From positions 1-45,208 of IMG/VR virus record IMGVR_UViG_3300037515_000413: a stretch of 45,208 nucleotides of DNA; one strand, given 5' to 3'. This document shows, in pieces, positions 26,650-35,046 of this stretch (position 1 is the first letter of the stretch; every line of letters begins with the position of its first letter). The notes below the pieces were generated by a model, which had not been told where the DNA came from, made no database searches, and worked only from the letters and a program-made list of their open reading frames with translations. A program made the position numbers and the translations under genes. This DNA is from a virus. Lineage: Duplodnaviria; Caudoviricetes.

Positions 26650-29100
26650 ATGGCTCAACCCCACTTTGTATTCGAGGCCGACTGGGATCGCGACGGGGCG
26701 TACTCGGACTTCACGTCAGACGTGGTGCAGTTCAACATGGGCCGCGGCAAGGAAGAGGCGAAGGAAGAGGCGCGCGCCGGGTTCATGGACATGGTGCTGA
26801 ACAACTCTGACCACAAGTACACCCCGACGAAATCAACGTCCGTGCTCTTCCCGTTCGTCAGGCCGGGGGTGCCGTTCAGGAGCTTCATGGTCTACCCCTA
26901 CGACGCGCTGGACGATCTCGCATCAGGCACATTGGACGGCCGCGCGGTGCCGAACGATAGCAACTTCGGATCATGGAGCGACCCGTCGGAGAGTTTCGTT
27001 GGCGACGGGGCAGGCGCGGTTGAGAACACTGACACAGGACTGGCGCGCCGCGCGACTGTGGACTTTGGGGAAACCGATTGCTGGGTGGGGGTGAAGGTTA
27101 AGCGCGTCGCCAGTGGAGACGCTGGGCTGATGCTCAGACGTGTGGATAGCACGACGTTTGTACTGTTCACCGAGAGCGCGGGGACGCTCACCTTCTGGCT
27201 TGCGCCCGGCGACAGTTCAACCTACGGGCTCCGTACACAGGAACTTGACGACATGCACAGCCCCCCGTCCGTGGGGGACTACTACCTGCTGTCAGTCTGG
27301 ATGTCCGGCCCGAAGTTTCACGTGTACGTGAACAACGAGCTTGTGATGCCCAACATGTCTCTCGACTTCCACACGCCGGGCTATGACGCGGCGTTGCTCA
27401 CGTCAACCATTCATGGGCTGGGGACGCTTGGCACAAGTGCTGATAACCGCTGGTCGGAGTTCGGCGGATGGAAGCCGGCCTTCGAGGGCCGGATAGACCA
27501 CGTGGAGCCACGGCCGGGGACGCGCACAAACTATGTCTACATGAAAGCCTATGACGACCTGGAGCGGGCTAAAAAGCATCAGGTGTTCCGGCTGACAGCC
27601 CCACTCTTCGATACTCAGGACATTGTTGCGGAAATTCTCGATGCGATGGGGGTTACACACGGCAAGGGCGGGTTGGACGAAAACGGCCAGCCAGAGGAAA
27701 TGCTGGGCTTCGGCGTAGACCTGACCATCGAAACCGAAAAGGTGATGTCGCGCGATGGGTTCACCGAGTTACAGCAGGTCGCGGATGACGACGTGGGGTT
27801 CGTCTACGTGGATGGCGCCGGAAGCTACCGCTATGAGGACTCAACACACCGTGAGGGCGCGCCTCACGACGCGCCACGCGCCACGTGGGAGAGCGAATGG
27901 TCTAATCCTCGTTCAGAAGACGACAAGACCTTCACGGAACCCCTGACGTGGGACGACGGAAAGGACCTGGTGGAGAACGAAATCTACTACCAGTATTACA
28001 AGATATCCGTCGCAACCAATCAGGAGGTGTGGAGGCTCCCGGAACACCTGGACTCGGTAGCCAACAACCCTGAGTTCACGCACGAGGATGAGCCCACGGT
28101 CTCCTGGACGGACGTGATGAAGTTCCTTGCCGTTGGGGACGGCGACCAGCTCGCCAACCCCAGGATTCCCGAACCCGGCACGGACTTCACGGTGAATAGC
28201 CAGCAGGACGGCGGTGGCGTTGACCTGACGGCCTCGCAAGCCTCGGAAACAGGGACGGTCTCAGCCACGGGCTCTCCGGACTTTGAACTTGACGACACCG
28301 GCCAGGACTTCACCGGCGGCCCAACCCTCGACGGTGTGAGTTGGGCTCTTCGGGCTCAGACCATCTTCATCAAGGACGCGTCGGGGAACAGAGCTTGCGC
28401 GTTCATCAAGCTGACCGACCCTGATGGGGATGGAACGCGAATTGAACTGCTGGACGCGCCGCAAGCCCTCAGCGGCGCAGCGGGTTATCTGGCCGCTGAA
28501 ACTGACTTTGACGAAACAGACACTCCCCTGACGTACGACGTCTATCCCTTCGTCGCGTGGTTCACGGACGGCCTGGACGGGAACTTCAAGGAGATCAACG
28601 TACAGGGGGCTTCACCCTGGACTGACGGGCAGGGGAACGGCGACGGCGCGTTCCTTGATTTGCTCAGGCTGATGGCTGACAGGGGGACGAACTCGGACAA
28701 GGTGGCTGCGCGCGCAGAATCGTCCATCTCACAGAACGCCAACGGACGCCGGAGAGTCCAGCACGAAGCCCTACACATAGACAGGTGGGAGACGGCGCTA
28801 GGCAGGGCAAAGGCACGGCTCTACCAGCGGGCTACAGCGCGCGAACGCCTTGGGATCACCATGATCGGCGGTTCAAAAGGGAACCTGATGGAGATCGTCC
28901 ACAGGGAGTTGTCGGACCGCGTGGCGGTGAACTTCGCGGACATGGGGCTTGACGACCGGGAGTATTACATTGACCGCTATCAGATATCGGCAGACCTTCA
29001 CTCTGGGGGGCAGCCGTTGGCGGCGAAGTTCGGGCTGACAGGCGCGTGGCTCAACCCCGGGTGGGGAGAAATAGCATGGGGAGAGTTCGTCTGGAGCTAA
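26650..29100 (+). CDS. Tail tip/hub protein
   Basis: 816 aa; LNNSDHKYTP, FEGRIDHV, G.VYVDGAG.Y.Y and ELSDRV.V motifs; follows the TMP. Confidence 0.8.
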   Translation: MAQPHFVFEADWDRDGAYSDFTSDVVQFNMGRGKEEAKEEARAGFMDMVLNNSDHKYTPTKSTSVLFPFVRPGVPFRSFMVYPYDALDDLASGTLDGRAVPNDSNFGSWSDPSESFVGDGAGAVENTDTGLARRATVDFGETDCWVGVKVKRVASGDAGLMLRRVDSTTFVLFTESAGTLTFWLAPGDSSTYGLRTQELDDMHSPPSVGDYYLLSVWMSGPKFHVYVNNELVMPNMSLDFHTPGYDAALLTSTIHGLGTLGTSADNRWSEFGGWKPAFEGRIDHVEPRPGTRTNYVYMKAYDDLERAKKHQVFRLTAPLFDTQDIVAEILDAMGVTHGKGGLDENGQPEEMLGFGVDLTIETEKVMSRDGFTELQQVADDDVGFVYVDGAGSYRYEDSTHREGAPHDAPRATWESEWSNPRSEDDKTFTEPLTWDDGKDLVENEIYYQYYKISVATNQEVWRLPEHLDSVANNPEFTHEDEPTVSWTDVMKFLAVGDGDQLANPRIPEPGTDFTVNSQQDGGGVDLTASQASETGTVSATGSPDFELDDTGQDFTGGPTLDGVSWALRAQTIFIKDASGNRACAFIKLTDPDGDGTRIELLDAPQALSGAAGYLAAETDFDETDTPLTYDVYPFVAWFTDGLDGNFKEINVQGASPWTDGQGNGDGAFLDLLRLMADRGTNSDKVAARAESSISQNANGRRRVQHEALHIDRWETALGRAKARLYQRATARERLGITMIGGSKGNLMEIVHRELSDRVAVNFADMGLDDREYYIDRYQISADLHSGGQPLAAKFGLTGAWLNPGWGEIAWGEFVWS

Positions 29101-29103
29101 AGC

Positions 29104-29424
29104 ATGGCTAACTCAGCGGACGTTGTCAGCGGCCAGACCGCATCACACACGCAGTACAACAACCTGCGCGCTGATGCGATTAACACATCGTCGGGCCACA
29201 AGCACGACGGCACGAATGGCCGGACGCTGTATGTCGAGGTGGACGAAACCAACGTGTCGGCCACCCCAACGGACGCGGAGTTGGACGCTGCGTTCGGGGC
29301 TCCTGCAACGGTGGGCGCCGGGTTCCTTTGCTTGCTGGACGACGCGGGCGGGGATGCGGCTGTCTACCTGGTCGGGACGAACGGGACATCGTGGTGGTAT
29401 GTGGCATTGACGAAGGCGGCGTGA
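29104..29424 (+). CDS. Minor tail protein
   Basis: YNNLRAD..GHKHDG motif typical of tail fibre N-termini. Confidence 0.75.
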   Translation: MANSADVVSGQTASHTQYNNLRADAINTSSGHKHDGTNGRTLYVEVDETNVSATPTDAELDAAFGAPATVGAGFLCLLDDAGGDAAVYLVGTNGTSWWYVALTKAA

Positions 29425-29591
29425 TGAAAGACGTTATCGCTGCGCTTGAAGCCCTGGCAAAGCAGGCGGGCAACAGGAGCCTGATCGAGGCCGGCCGCGC
29501 TCAAGGCATTCGCGATGCCATCGTGCTGTTGCGGAATGAGAATGTAGAGGCCGCCCCGGCCACGGTTGACCGCGACGAAAGCAAAGGCTGA
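29424..29591 (+). CDS. Small hypothetical protein
   Basis: TGATG overlap. Confidence 0.6.
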   Translation: MKDVIAALEALAKQAGNRSLIEAGRAQGIRDAIVLLRNENVEAAPATVDRDESKG

Positions 29592-29633
29592 ACAGGGTAC
29601 AATGAACGTGCAGAAATCGTGAGAGGATAAGCC

Positions 29634-29918
29634 ATGACTGAGGAGTCTCCGCAGGAAATAGAAGAGACAGCGGTTGTAGAGGCCAGCGAGACGCCGCGTG
29701 TCAGGCGCAAAAAGGAACCGGCACCGCCGATGACCGTTGGAGAGTTAAAGGACCAGGTGGTCAGCTACGGCGAACGTGTCGGGACGGCATTCGTCGGATG
29801 GCTCTCGAGGCTGGCGGGCGAGAATACGGAGAAAGTCAAGAACGTAGCCAACCGTATCGTCAGCGATCTTGAAGGCGAGGGCGAAGAAGATGGGGACAGC
29901 CGGGAGAAGAAGCCATGA
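29634..29918 (+). CDS. Hypothetical protein, first gene of the membrane cluster
   Basis: RBS GAGGA; TACAAT at 29598-29603. Confidence 0.75.
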   Translation: MTEESPQEIEETAVVEASETPRVRRKKEPAPPMTVGELKDQVVSYGERVGTAFVGWLSRLAGENTEKVKNVANRIVSDLEGEGEEDGDSREKKP

Positions 29919-30109
29919 TTTGGTTTCTCGCATTCCTCGGCGGAGCGATCATCGGGTATGGCTTGGCCCTTGAGTCACCACCTAATGAAATGATGTTCCT
30001 CGGCCTTGCTCTTGCGGCACCGGGATGGTGGATGACGGTGAAGCGGGAGGTGAGGAAACTCTTTGGTTGGGACAAGCCGACCTTTCCAACGACCTTGGAG
30101 AAGGAATAA
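29915..30109 (+). CDS. Small two-TM protein (holin-like topology)
   Basis: Two hydrophobic segments and a charged C-terminus; ATGA overlap. Confidence 0.7.
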   Translation: MIWFLAFLGGAIIGYGLALESPPNEMMFLGLALAAPGWWMTVKREVRKLFGWDKPTFPTTLEKE

Positions 30110-30384
30110 TGGGCTGGCTGCTTAGTGTCACGCTCGCTGCTGGCGCAGTGGGATATGGCGCTGTCTGGGTGTTCAATACCGTCACCGGCTTCTTCTCCAT
30201 CTTTTCCAGCGTGAACGATACAGCCCAGAACGCAGCGCGTGGCGGTGTGTTCGTCAGCAGTTCGTCAGCCATGATGGCAAAGTCGTGGCTGAACAAGTTC
30301 GCGAAGGGTACGGCACGGTTTCAGCGGCCCGCTGCCGCTATCCAAAACAAGTGGGAATCGCTCGCGAAGGGTGAGCGAAAGTAA
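30109..30384 (+). CDS. Single-TM protein with an amphipathic basic tail
   Basis: TAATG overlap; MGWLLSVTLAAGAVGYGAVWVF. Confidence 0.7.
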   Translation: MGWLLSVTLAAGAVGYGAVWVFNTVTGFFSIFSSVNDTAQNAARGGVFVSSSSAMMAKSWLNKFAKGTARFQRPAAAIQNKWESLAKGERK

Positions 30385-30405
30385 AGAAAGCGCAGGATCG
30401 AACAC

Positions 30406-30498
30406 ATGGACATCATGCTGATCGTTGCGGCTGTCGCCATTGGCGTCGCCCTGTTGATGGCAGTCGGGTTGGTGAAGGCCAAGTTCGGCAATAAGTAA
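30406..30498 (+). CDS. 30-aa single-TM microprotein
   Basis: MDIMLIVAAVAIGVALLMAVGLVKAKFGNK; RBS AGGA; translated by hand. Confidence 0.6.
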   Translation: MDIMLIVAAVAIGVALLMAVGLVKAKFGNK

Positions 30499-30514
30499 GA
30501 GCACCAACTAAACT

Positions 30515-31276
30515 GTGAACGAATCCGTCTGGGACATTCTCCGCCGCTTATGGCAGCAGGTATGGGACCGTGTGAAGTGGCGGGTTGTGTGGACGGGGTT
30601 CGCTTTCGGGGTTGGAACCTTCGCCACGTGGTGGTACCGGGAGGCAGTGTTCGACCTGCTGCTCGTCCCGTCAGGGGGGAATCTTTCTCCCTTTGACGGG
30701 AAGCCCGTCTATACCGAGCTCACGGGCATGATGGGAGCCTCTATCCGGCTGGCACTCATGGGCGGGAGGTTCGCGGCAGTGCCGGTGGCTACCATCGGTA
30801 TTATCACCCTGTTCCAACCCTTGCTGCCCCGGCAGTTACGCCGGTTCATCACCATTTTCCTGCCCGCGACCGCCCTGCTTTTCGCTGCCGGCGTGGCATT
30901 TGCCTTCTTCGTGATGCTGCCCGCAGGACTGAATTTCCTGCTCCACTTCGGCGACGGGACCGCAGTCCCGCTAATCACCATCACGTCATACATGGGGTTG
31001 CTCACAGGGATAATGTTCTCGATGGGTGTGGTGTTTGAGTTGCCGCTTGCCATGTTCCTGCTCGCGAAGATGAGGATTGTCTCGCACAGGCAGCTCGCCA
31101 ATTTGAAGGTGCAATTCCTGTTCATGCCGGTGGCGGCGTTCACCCTGGGGGCGATACTGACGCCGGGGATGGACCCCGTCAACGCGATCTTTATCGCGGT
31201 GCCATTCATCGTCCTTTATGAGGTCGGCCTGTTCCTGGCCTGGCTCGCCAGGCCGCAAACTGGAGGCGACGGATGA
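30515..31276 (+). CDS. tatC: Divergent twin-arginine translocase subunit TatC
   Basis: 253 aa, six hydrophobic helices; LF.AG.AFAFFVMLP..LNFL, I.I.SY, GVVFELP, ILTPGMDP and P..VLYEVG. Confidence 0.92.
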   Translation: MNESVWDILRRLWQQVWDRVKWRVVWTGFAFGVGTFATWWYREAVFDLLLVPSGGNLSPFDGKPVYTELTGMMGASIRLALMGGRFAAVPVATIGIITLFQPLLPRQLRRFITIFLPATALLFAAGVAFAFFVMLPAGLNFLLHFGDGTAVPLITITSYMGLLTGIMFSMGVVFELPLAMFLLAKMRIVSHRQLANLKVQFLFMPVAAFTLGAILTPGMDPVNAIFIAVPFIVLYEVGLFLAWLARPQTGGDG

Positions 31277-31491
31277 TTATGCGCTATGGCATCGATGCCA
31301 CTTTCGTTCTCGGCATGATACTGACTGTCAGCGGCACCCTGGTAGTCGGTTTTAAAAGCCACTGGAAATTGTTTCAACCGGCTCCCCCGGACGCCAACGC
31401 TGGCATGATGCTCACCGTGGCAGGCGCAGTACTCGTATGCATCGCGTATGTGATGGCTGAGTACGTATCGTGGAGGTGGGACAGGCGATGA
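31273..31491 (+). CDS. Small two-TM protein
   Basis: ATGA overlap with tatC; RBS GGAGG. Confidence 0.75.
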   Translation: MIMRYGIDATFVLGMILTVSGTLVVGFKSHWKLFQPAPPDANAGMMLTVAGAVLVCIAYVMAEYVSWRWDRR

Positions 31492-31589
31492 TCTCACGCC
31501 TCATCCGCGCCATCGCTGCGGCGTGGTACATCTACCGCGATGCGAAGCGGCACCCGTGGCCGCGCCACATTGGAGACGGGAGCAAGTGA
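31488..31589 (+). CDS. 33-aa hypothetical peptide
   Basis: MISRLIRAIAAAWYIYRDAKRHPW..; ATGA and GTGA overlaps; RBS GGAGG. Confidence 0.5.
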   Translation: MISRLIRAIAAAWYIYRDAKRHPWPRHIGDGSK

Positions 31590-31798
31590 CAGAGTCCGTG
31601 ACAACGCCTCGCAAATCTGAACTCGCCCTGAGAATGACATCCGCCGTGACAAAGCAGCGGCAGGTTGACGCCTACATGAACGCTCTCAGCATGGCCCGCT
31701 GGGGCAGGCCGGTGAAGCGCATGGTGCATCCCGGCTTCCGGCAGTGCCCATTTCGCGGCGATAAGGACTGGTGCTGGTGCAAGGGGACGGGTACATGA
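31586..31798 (+). CDS. Hypothetical protein
   Basis: GTGA overlap; CWCKGTG end. Confidence 0.55.
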   Translation: MTESVTTPRKSELALRMTSAVTKQRQVDAYMNALSMARWGRPVKRMVHPGFRQCPFRGDKDWCWCKGTGT

Positions 31799-32052
31799 CT
31801 ACTGAGACGATTCCGTACGTGTCATCGGCCACGGAGCCAGCGTACCCGTGCTGCGGCTGCACGGTAGTCAGGGCGCACACGCATGAGGTTGTGCGCAGGC
31901 CGCTCTACGTCACGGCCTCTCACTGCCAGCGCTGCGGCGGTACGGCGTGCCGGGACCACTACAACACCTGCGGTCTCTGCGAGGGGTGCTGCATCAGGGA
32001 GCACGGGATGATGAAACACCTGCCGGAGCACCTGCGGAACAACCGGGCGTGA
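31795..32052 (+). CDS. Cys-rich zinc-finger protein
   Basis: Multiple CxxC/CxxH; ATGA overlap. Confidence 0.65.
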   Translation: MTTETIPYVSSATEPAYPCCGCTVVRAHTHEVVRRPLYVTASHCQRCGGTACRDHYNTCGLCEGCCIREHGMMKHLPEHLRNNRA

Positions 32053-32193
32053 GGCTGCTATGATGCCCGCGGCCCCGGCCACGTTGAGAGCGCCGCCCTC
32101 GCGGCGGCGGGCCGGGGCTGTGCTATGCTTGGCGGCGGTCTAGCGTCCGGCAGCTAACCGGGCGGCCCTGCCAGGAGCTTCCGCTCCAACGTT

Positions 32194-32292
32194 GAAGCCA
32201 TCCTCCGGGGTGGCTTCTTCGCGCCATTAATGCTGACGAAAGTCAGAATTGCAGCTTCACCCCGCGGGGAGCCGCCCATGTGGCGGCTTCTT
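32194..32292. terminator. Terminator-like hairpins at the convergence of the two arms
   Basis: Stems at 32194-32217 and 32268-32290 with short T tails. Confidence 0.55.
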
Positions 32293-32384
32293 GCGTTAGC
32301 AAGCATCGCGGGCTTGGCGCCTACTTCCGGGACCCTCAATCTCAGGGGTCCTGCGCCGCGAGTTCAAAAAGGCTGGCGCCGCGC

Positions 32385-32525
32385 CTACAGGCTGTACTTC
32401 ATGCACTGGCCGAGGCCGCAGTCGCGGGCGCGTCTCACCAGGTGGCCGCAGTAGCAGCGTTCGCGCTTCACGTAGCGGCCCAGCAGCCAGCGCAGCAGCC
32501 TCAGGGCTACCTTCCTTTTTGGCAC
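32385..32525 (-). CDS. Small Cys-rich peptide
   Basis: VPKRKVALRLLRWLLGRYVKRERCYCGH..C....C; translated by hand. Confidence 0.4.
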   Translation of the reverse strand: MPKRKVALRLLRWLLGRYVKRERCYCGHLVRRARDCGLGQCMKYSL

Positions 32526-32770
32526 AAACTACACGGTTCAAACGGGGATGCGTCCCGGCTCAAAGGCAAATAGCACTTTGGACACCGTTTGATGGCCGGA
32601 CGCGGACCAAGCAATCGCCCTCCCCGTCCGCCTGAATGAATCTTGCGAACGTGGCCGCTGCCAACCCACTCGGCACCTTTCACAGGAATACGCTCACCCT
32701 TGTTCTCGCCAAAGTAGGCGCACAACCTGATGTAAGGTTCCGATCCGGTTCGACGATATACGCGACACAT
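32507..32770 (-). CDS. Hypothetical protein
   Basis: TGATG overlap; CPKC and CSLC. Confidence 0.55.
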   Translation of the reverse strand: MCRVYRRTGSEPYIRLCAYFGENKGERIPVKGAEWVGSGHVRKIHSGGRGGRLLGPRPAIKRCPKCYLPLSRDASPFEPCSLCQKGR

Positions 32771-33144
32771 CACGCCCGCCCCTCCTCCACGCCCAGCGCA
32801 GCCAACGCTTGCTCTACGGTCGCGAACTCCCCCACAACTGACTGGTGGTAGCGCGCCCTCTTGAAGCCGTGGCAAGGCCCAACGAGTGCGACCGGGACAT
32901 TGGCCGCAAGTGCTGCCCCGGCTTCTATCAACGCTCCATGCAATTCCTCGCCCGGTTCTCCGTACAGCAACAACCCGGACGCCGATGACGCCTCGCTGAT
33001 GCACCGGCCCCACAGGTCACACCAGTCGGAGGTTTCGCCTTCGCCAGCTTCATCTATCCACGTGCTGATGACCGGCTGGCCTGCATTGCGTAAGGCAAGC
33101 CACTTACTGGCGTGGCGGGATTTTGAGGCGATGTAGATGCCCAC
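32770..33144 (-). CDS. Nucleoside 2-deoxyribosyltransferase-like protein
   Basis: IYIAS, VISTW and GALIEAGAALA motifs. Confidence 0.7.
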   Translation of the reverse strand: MGIYIASKSRHASKWLALRNAGQPVISTWIDEAGEGETSDWCDLWGRCISEASSASGLLLYGEPGEELHGALIEAGAALAANVPVALVGPCHGFKRARYHQSVVGEFATVEQALAALGVEEGRA

Positions 33145-33548
33145 TAGCCACCGCCCTCCACGCCCAGCGCAGCAGCGGCAGCGCGTGCCACGGCGAGCGG
33201 GAGCGTGGGGGCTTCCGCGTAGTTGGGAAGCTCCAGCCACACGTCCTCTCCACGTTCCTGCGTGAACATGGCCGTGCAGAGCGGCGTTCCCTCCAGAGCC
33301 GGGTCGTGCCACGGGACGGGATGCTCGCTATCAGGGTCGCGGACGCCGTTGTGCTCTGCTGACTCCAGCCGCCACTGCCACCCCTTCGCCTGCATGGCGT
33401 CGAGAAGCCGCAACATCCCGTCTCCAGTTGTTAAGTCTGGAATTGCCCTGAACTCATCGTCCTCATCATCGGGCAGCCAGTAGGAGCCTTCCGCCACCTC
33501 ATAGCCCGTCGCCGCCGCCCACACCTTCGCCTGGGTCTCGCTGTCCAT
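33144..33548 (-). CDS. Phage ABA-sandwich-like protein
   Basis: PDLTTGDGML..M..GW..TLPLAVARAA; paralog of 9463-9813. Confidence 0.65.
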   Translation of the reverse strand: MDSETQAKVWAAATGYEVAEGSYWLPDDEDDEFRAIPDLTTGDGMLRLLDAMQAKGWQWRLESAEHNGVRDPDSEHPVPWHDPALEGTPLCTAMFTQERGEDVWLELPNYAEAPTLPLAVARAAAAALGVEGGG

Positions 33549-33793
33549 CACCTGCCCTCCCGCGCCAGCGCTCTCACCGGCACCGGCTCCTGCGCGCCTG
33601 CTATCAGCACCGGCGCATCGCCGTTCAGCGGCTCCATGATCCATGACTGCAACTTGTGGAAACCCGTTGCCTGCTGAACCGGCTCGCCGGGGATGCCGCT
33701 CCAGAAGTATTCACCCGGCATGGCAAGGGCGGGCGTGTCCCTGACGAACTCCCAGCCGTCCGGCGCTTTCAATGTGACTTCACGTAGCCCCAT
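33548..33793 (-). CDS. Hypothetical protein
   Basis: N-terminus resembles 44477-44956. Confidence 0.65.
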   Translation of the reverse strand: MGLREVTLKAPDGWEFVRDTPALAMPGEYFWSGIPGEPVQQATGFHKLQSWIMEPLNGDAPVLIAGAQEPVPVRALAREGR

Positions 33794-34126
33794 TTACCTT
33801 CCCTCCACGGCGTCTGCAGCGGCGTCACGGGCGGCGCGCAACTCAGCGAGCACGCGCAGCGCGGTGGCGGGCGACCAGGCCGCGATGTACTGCGCTGTGG
33901 CAAGGTCGCGCTTCACCCAGATTTGATCCCAACTGCCTGAAGCGTGGTTCGTTTCAACGACGTTGAAAGTCCCCTGGCGGCCGTTGTCGAAGCGAGGGTG
34001 TATCTCGCCTTTCCATGCGTACCACTCACCCGGCGTGGCTGCCCGCGCCGCGCGCTCCAGTGCGCCCAGGTCCAGGTCAGGCACGCTGTGCGTGGCGGGC
34101 TCAGGTTGCGTCCAGTCGGTGGTCAT
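33794..34126 (-). CDS. Ead/Ea22-like protein
   Basis: AARAATPGEW...AQYIAAWSPATALRVLAE. Confidence 0.75.
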   Translation of the reverse strand: MTTDWTQPEPATHSVPDLDLGALERAARAATPGEWYAWKGEIHPRFDNGRQGTFNVVETNHASGSWDQIWVKRDLATAQYIAAWSPATALRVLAELRAARDAAADAVEGR

Positions 34127-34220
34127 GGCGTTGGCTCCTCTTCTACGCCGCACCCGCACCCGTTGCAGCACGGCTCCCAGAACGAGACGTGGTCCCCGAA
34201 GCACACGAGACATATATGCA

Positions 34221-34556
34221 TCACGGCTCCACCTCCGCTGCGCAGGGGTGGCCGTCAACGGGTACGTGGTGCTCGGAGTCTGCCCATAGCCACTCGCCTC
34301 TGCAAAGGCGGCATTTTGGCACGCTACCGCTGCGCACCGCCTGCGCCCGCACCCGCGCCTTGAAGGCGGCGGTGGCCTCCGCGGCGACGTCAAATAGCGC
34401 GCCGCCCCAGAACTCAACTTGGTGCAGTTTCACGCGGCTCACCACGTTTCCGGGTGGGGTGTCGCCGGCCTGTAGGCGGGCGTTTTCCTCCATCCATCGC
34501 CGGAACTCTGCAAGCTTCTCTACAGCGATTTGATTAGCGACTTCCCTAGTCACCAT
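34221..34556 (-). CDS. Hypothetical protein
   Basis: RBS GGAGG; CRLC..H. Confidence 0.6.
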   Translation of the reverse strand: MVTREVANQIAVEKLAEFRRWMEENARLQAGDTPPGNVVSRVKLHQVEFWGGALFDVAAEATAAFKARVRAQAVRSGSVPKCRLCRGEWLWADSEHHVPVDGHPCAAEVEP

Positions 34557-35046
34557 GTCCACCCTCCATGCCCAGCGCGGCCAAGTCCTTGACGATGGCC
34601 TGTGCCTCACCTTCAAGGCGCAGGAAGTCGGCTGCCGTTACCTCGCCACTTAGTCGGCTCTCAGCCTCACGCCACGCGACGGCACGCTGCACCAGCCCCG
34701 CCAGCGCCCGTGCGCGCTCCGGCGCGGCTGAGAGCGCGGCGCGGGCCACCTCCGCGCTGTAATCGGAGGCCGCGTATGCGGTGCAGTCCACCTGCCCGGC
34801 CATGATGCGCTGGGCACGGTTCTGTATCCGCTCCAGCGCCGCCACGTACGCCGCCTCGCGTGCGCTGGCCTCCGCCGCCGCGCGGTCCGCAGCGTCCGCG
34901 AAGGCGTCGAGGGCGTCGGCCATTACCCATGACGTGTTGTGTTCAAGCGGCAACCGCTCATCTCCCGCGGCCGCCGTCATCTGCTTGGCGTACTTCCGCC
35001 GCGCCTTGGCTACCGTCCGCATCTGCGCCGCCAATGGTTCAGTCAT
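34546..35046 (-). CDS. Hypothetical Ala-rich helical protein
   Basis: ATGA overlap with the resolvase gene. Confidence 0.65.
   Translation of the reverse strand: MTEPLAAQMRTVAKARRKYAKQMTAAAGDERLPLEHNTSWVMADALDAFADAADRAAAEASAREAAYVAALERIQNRAQRIMAGQVDCTAYAASDYSAEVARAALSAAPERARALAGLVQRAVAWREAESRLSGEVTAADFLRLEGEAQAIVKDLAALGMEGGHGD

Noticed and set aside
30406-30498. Bona fide tatA
   Set aside because: Too short and lacks the FG hinge followed by an amphipathic helix; no gene symbol assigned
29634-32052. Endolysin or spanin
   Set aside because: No amidase, peptidase, lysozyme or transglycosylase motif is recognisable by eye
32231-32250. Hammerhead ribozyme (CTGACGA)
   Set aside because: The sequence forms a simple GAAA-tetraloop hairpin, with no stem II followed by GAAA
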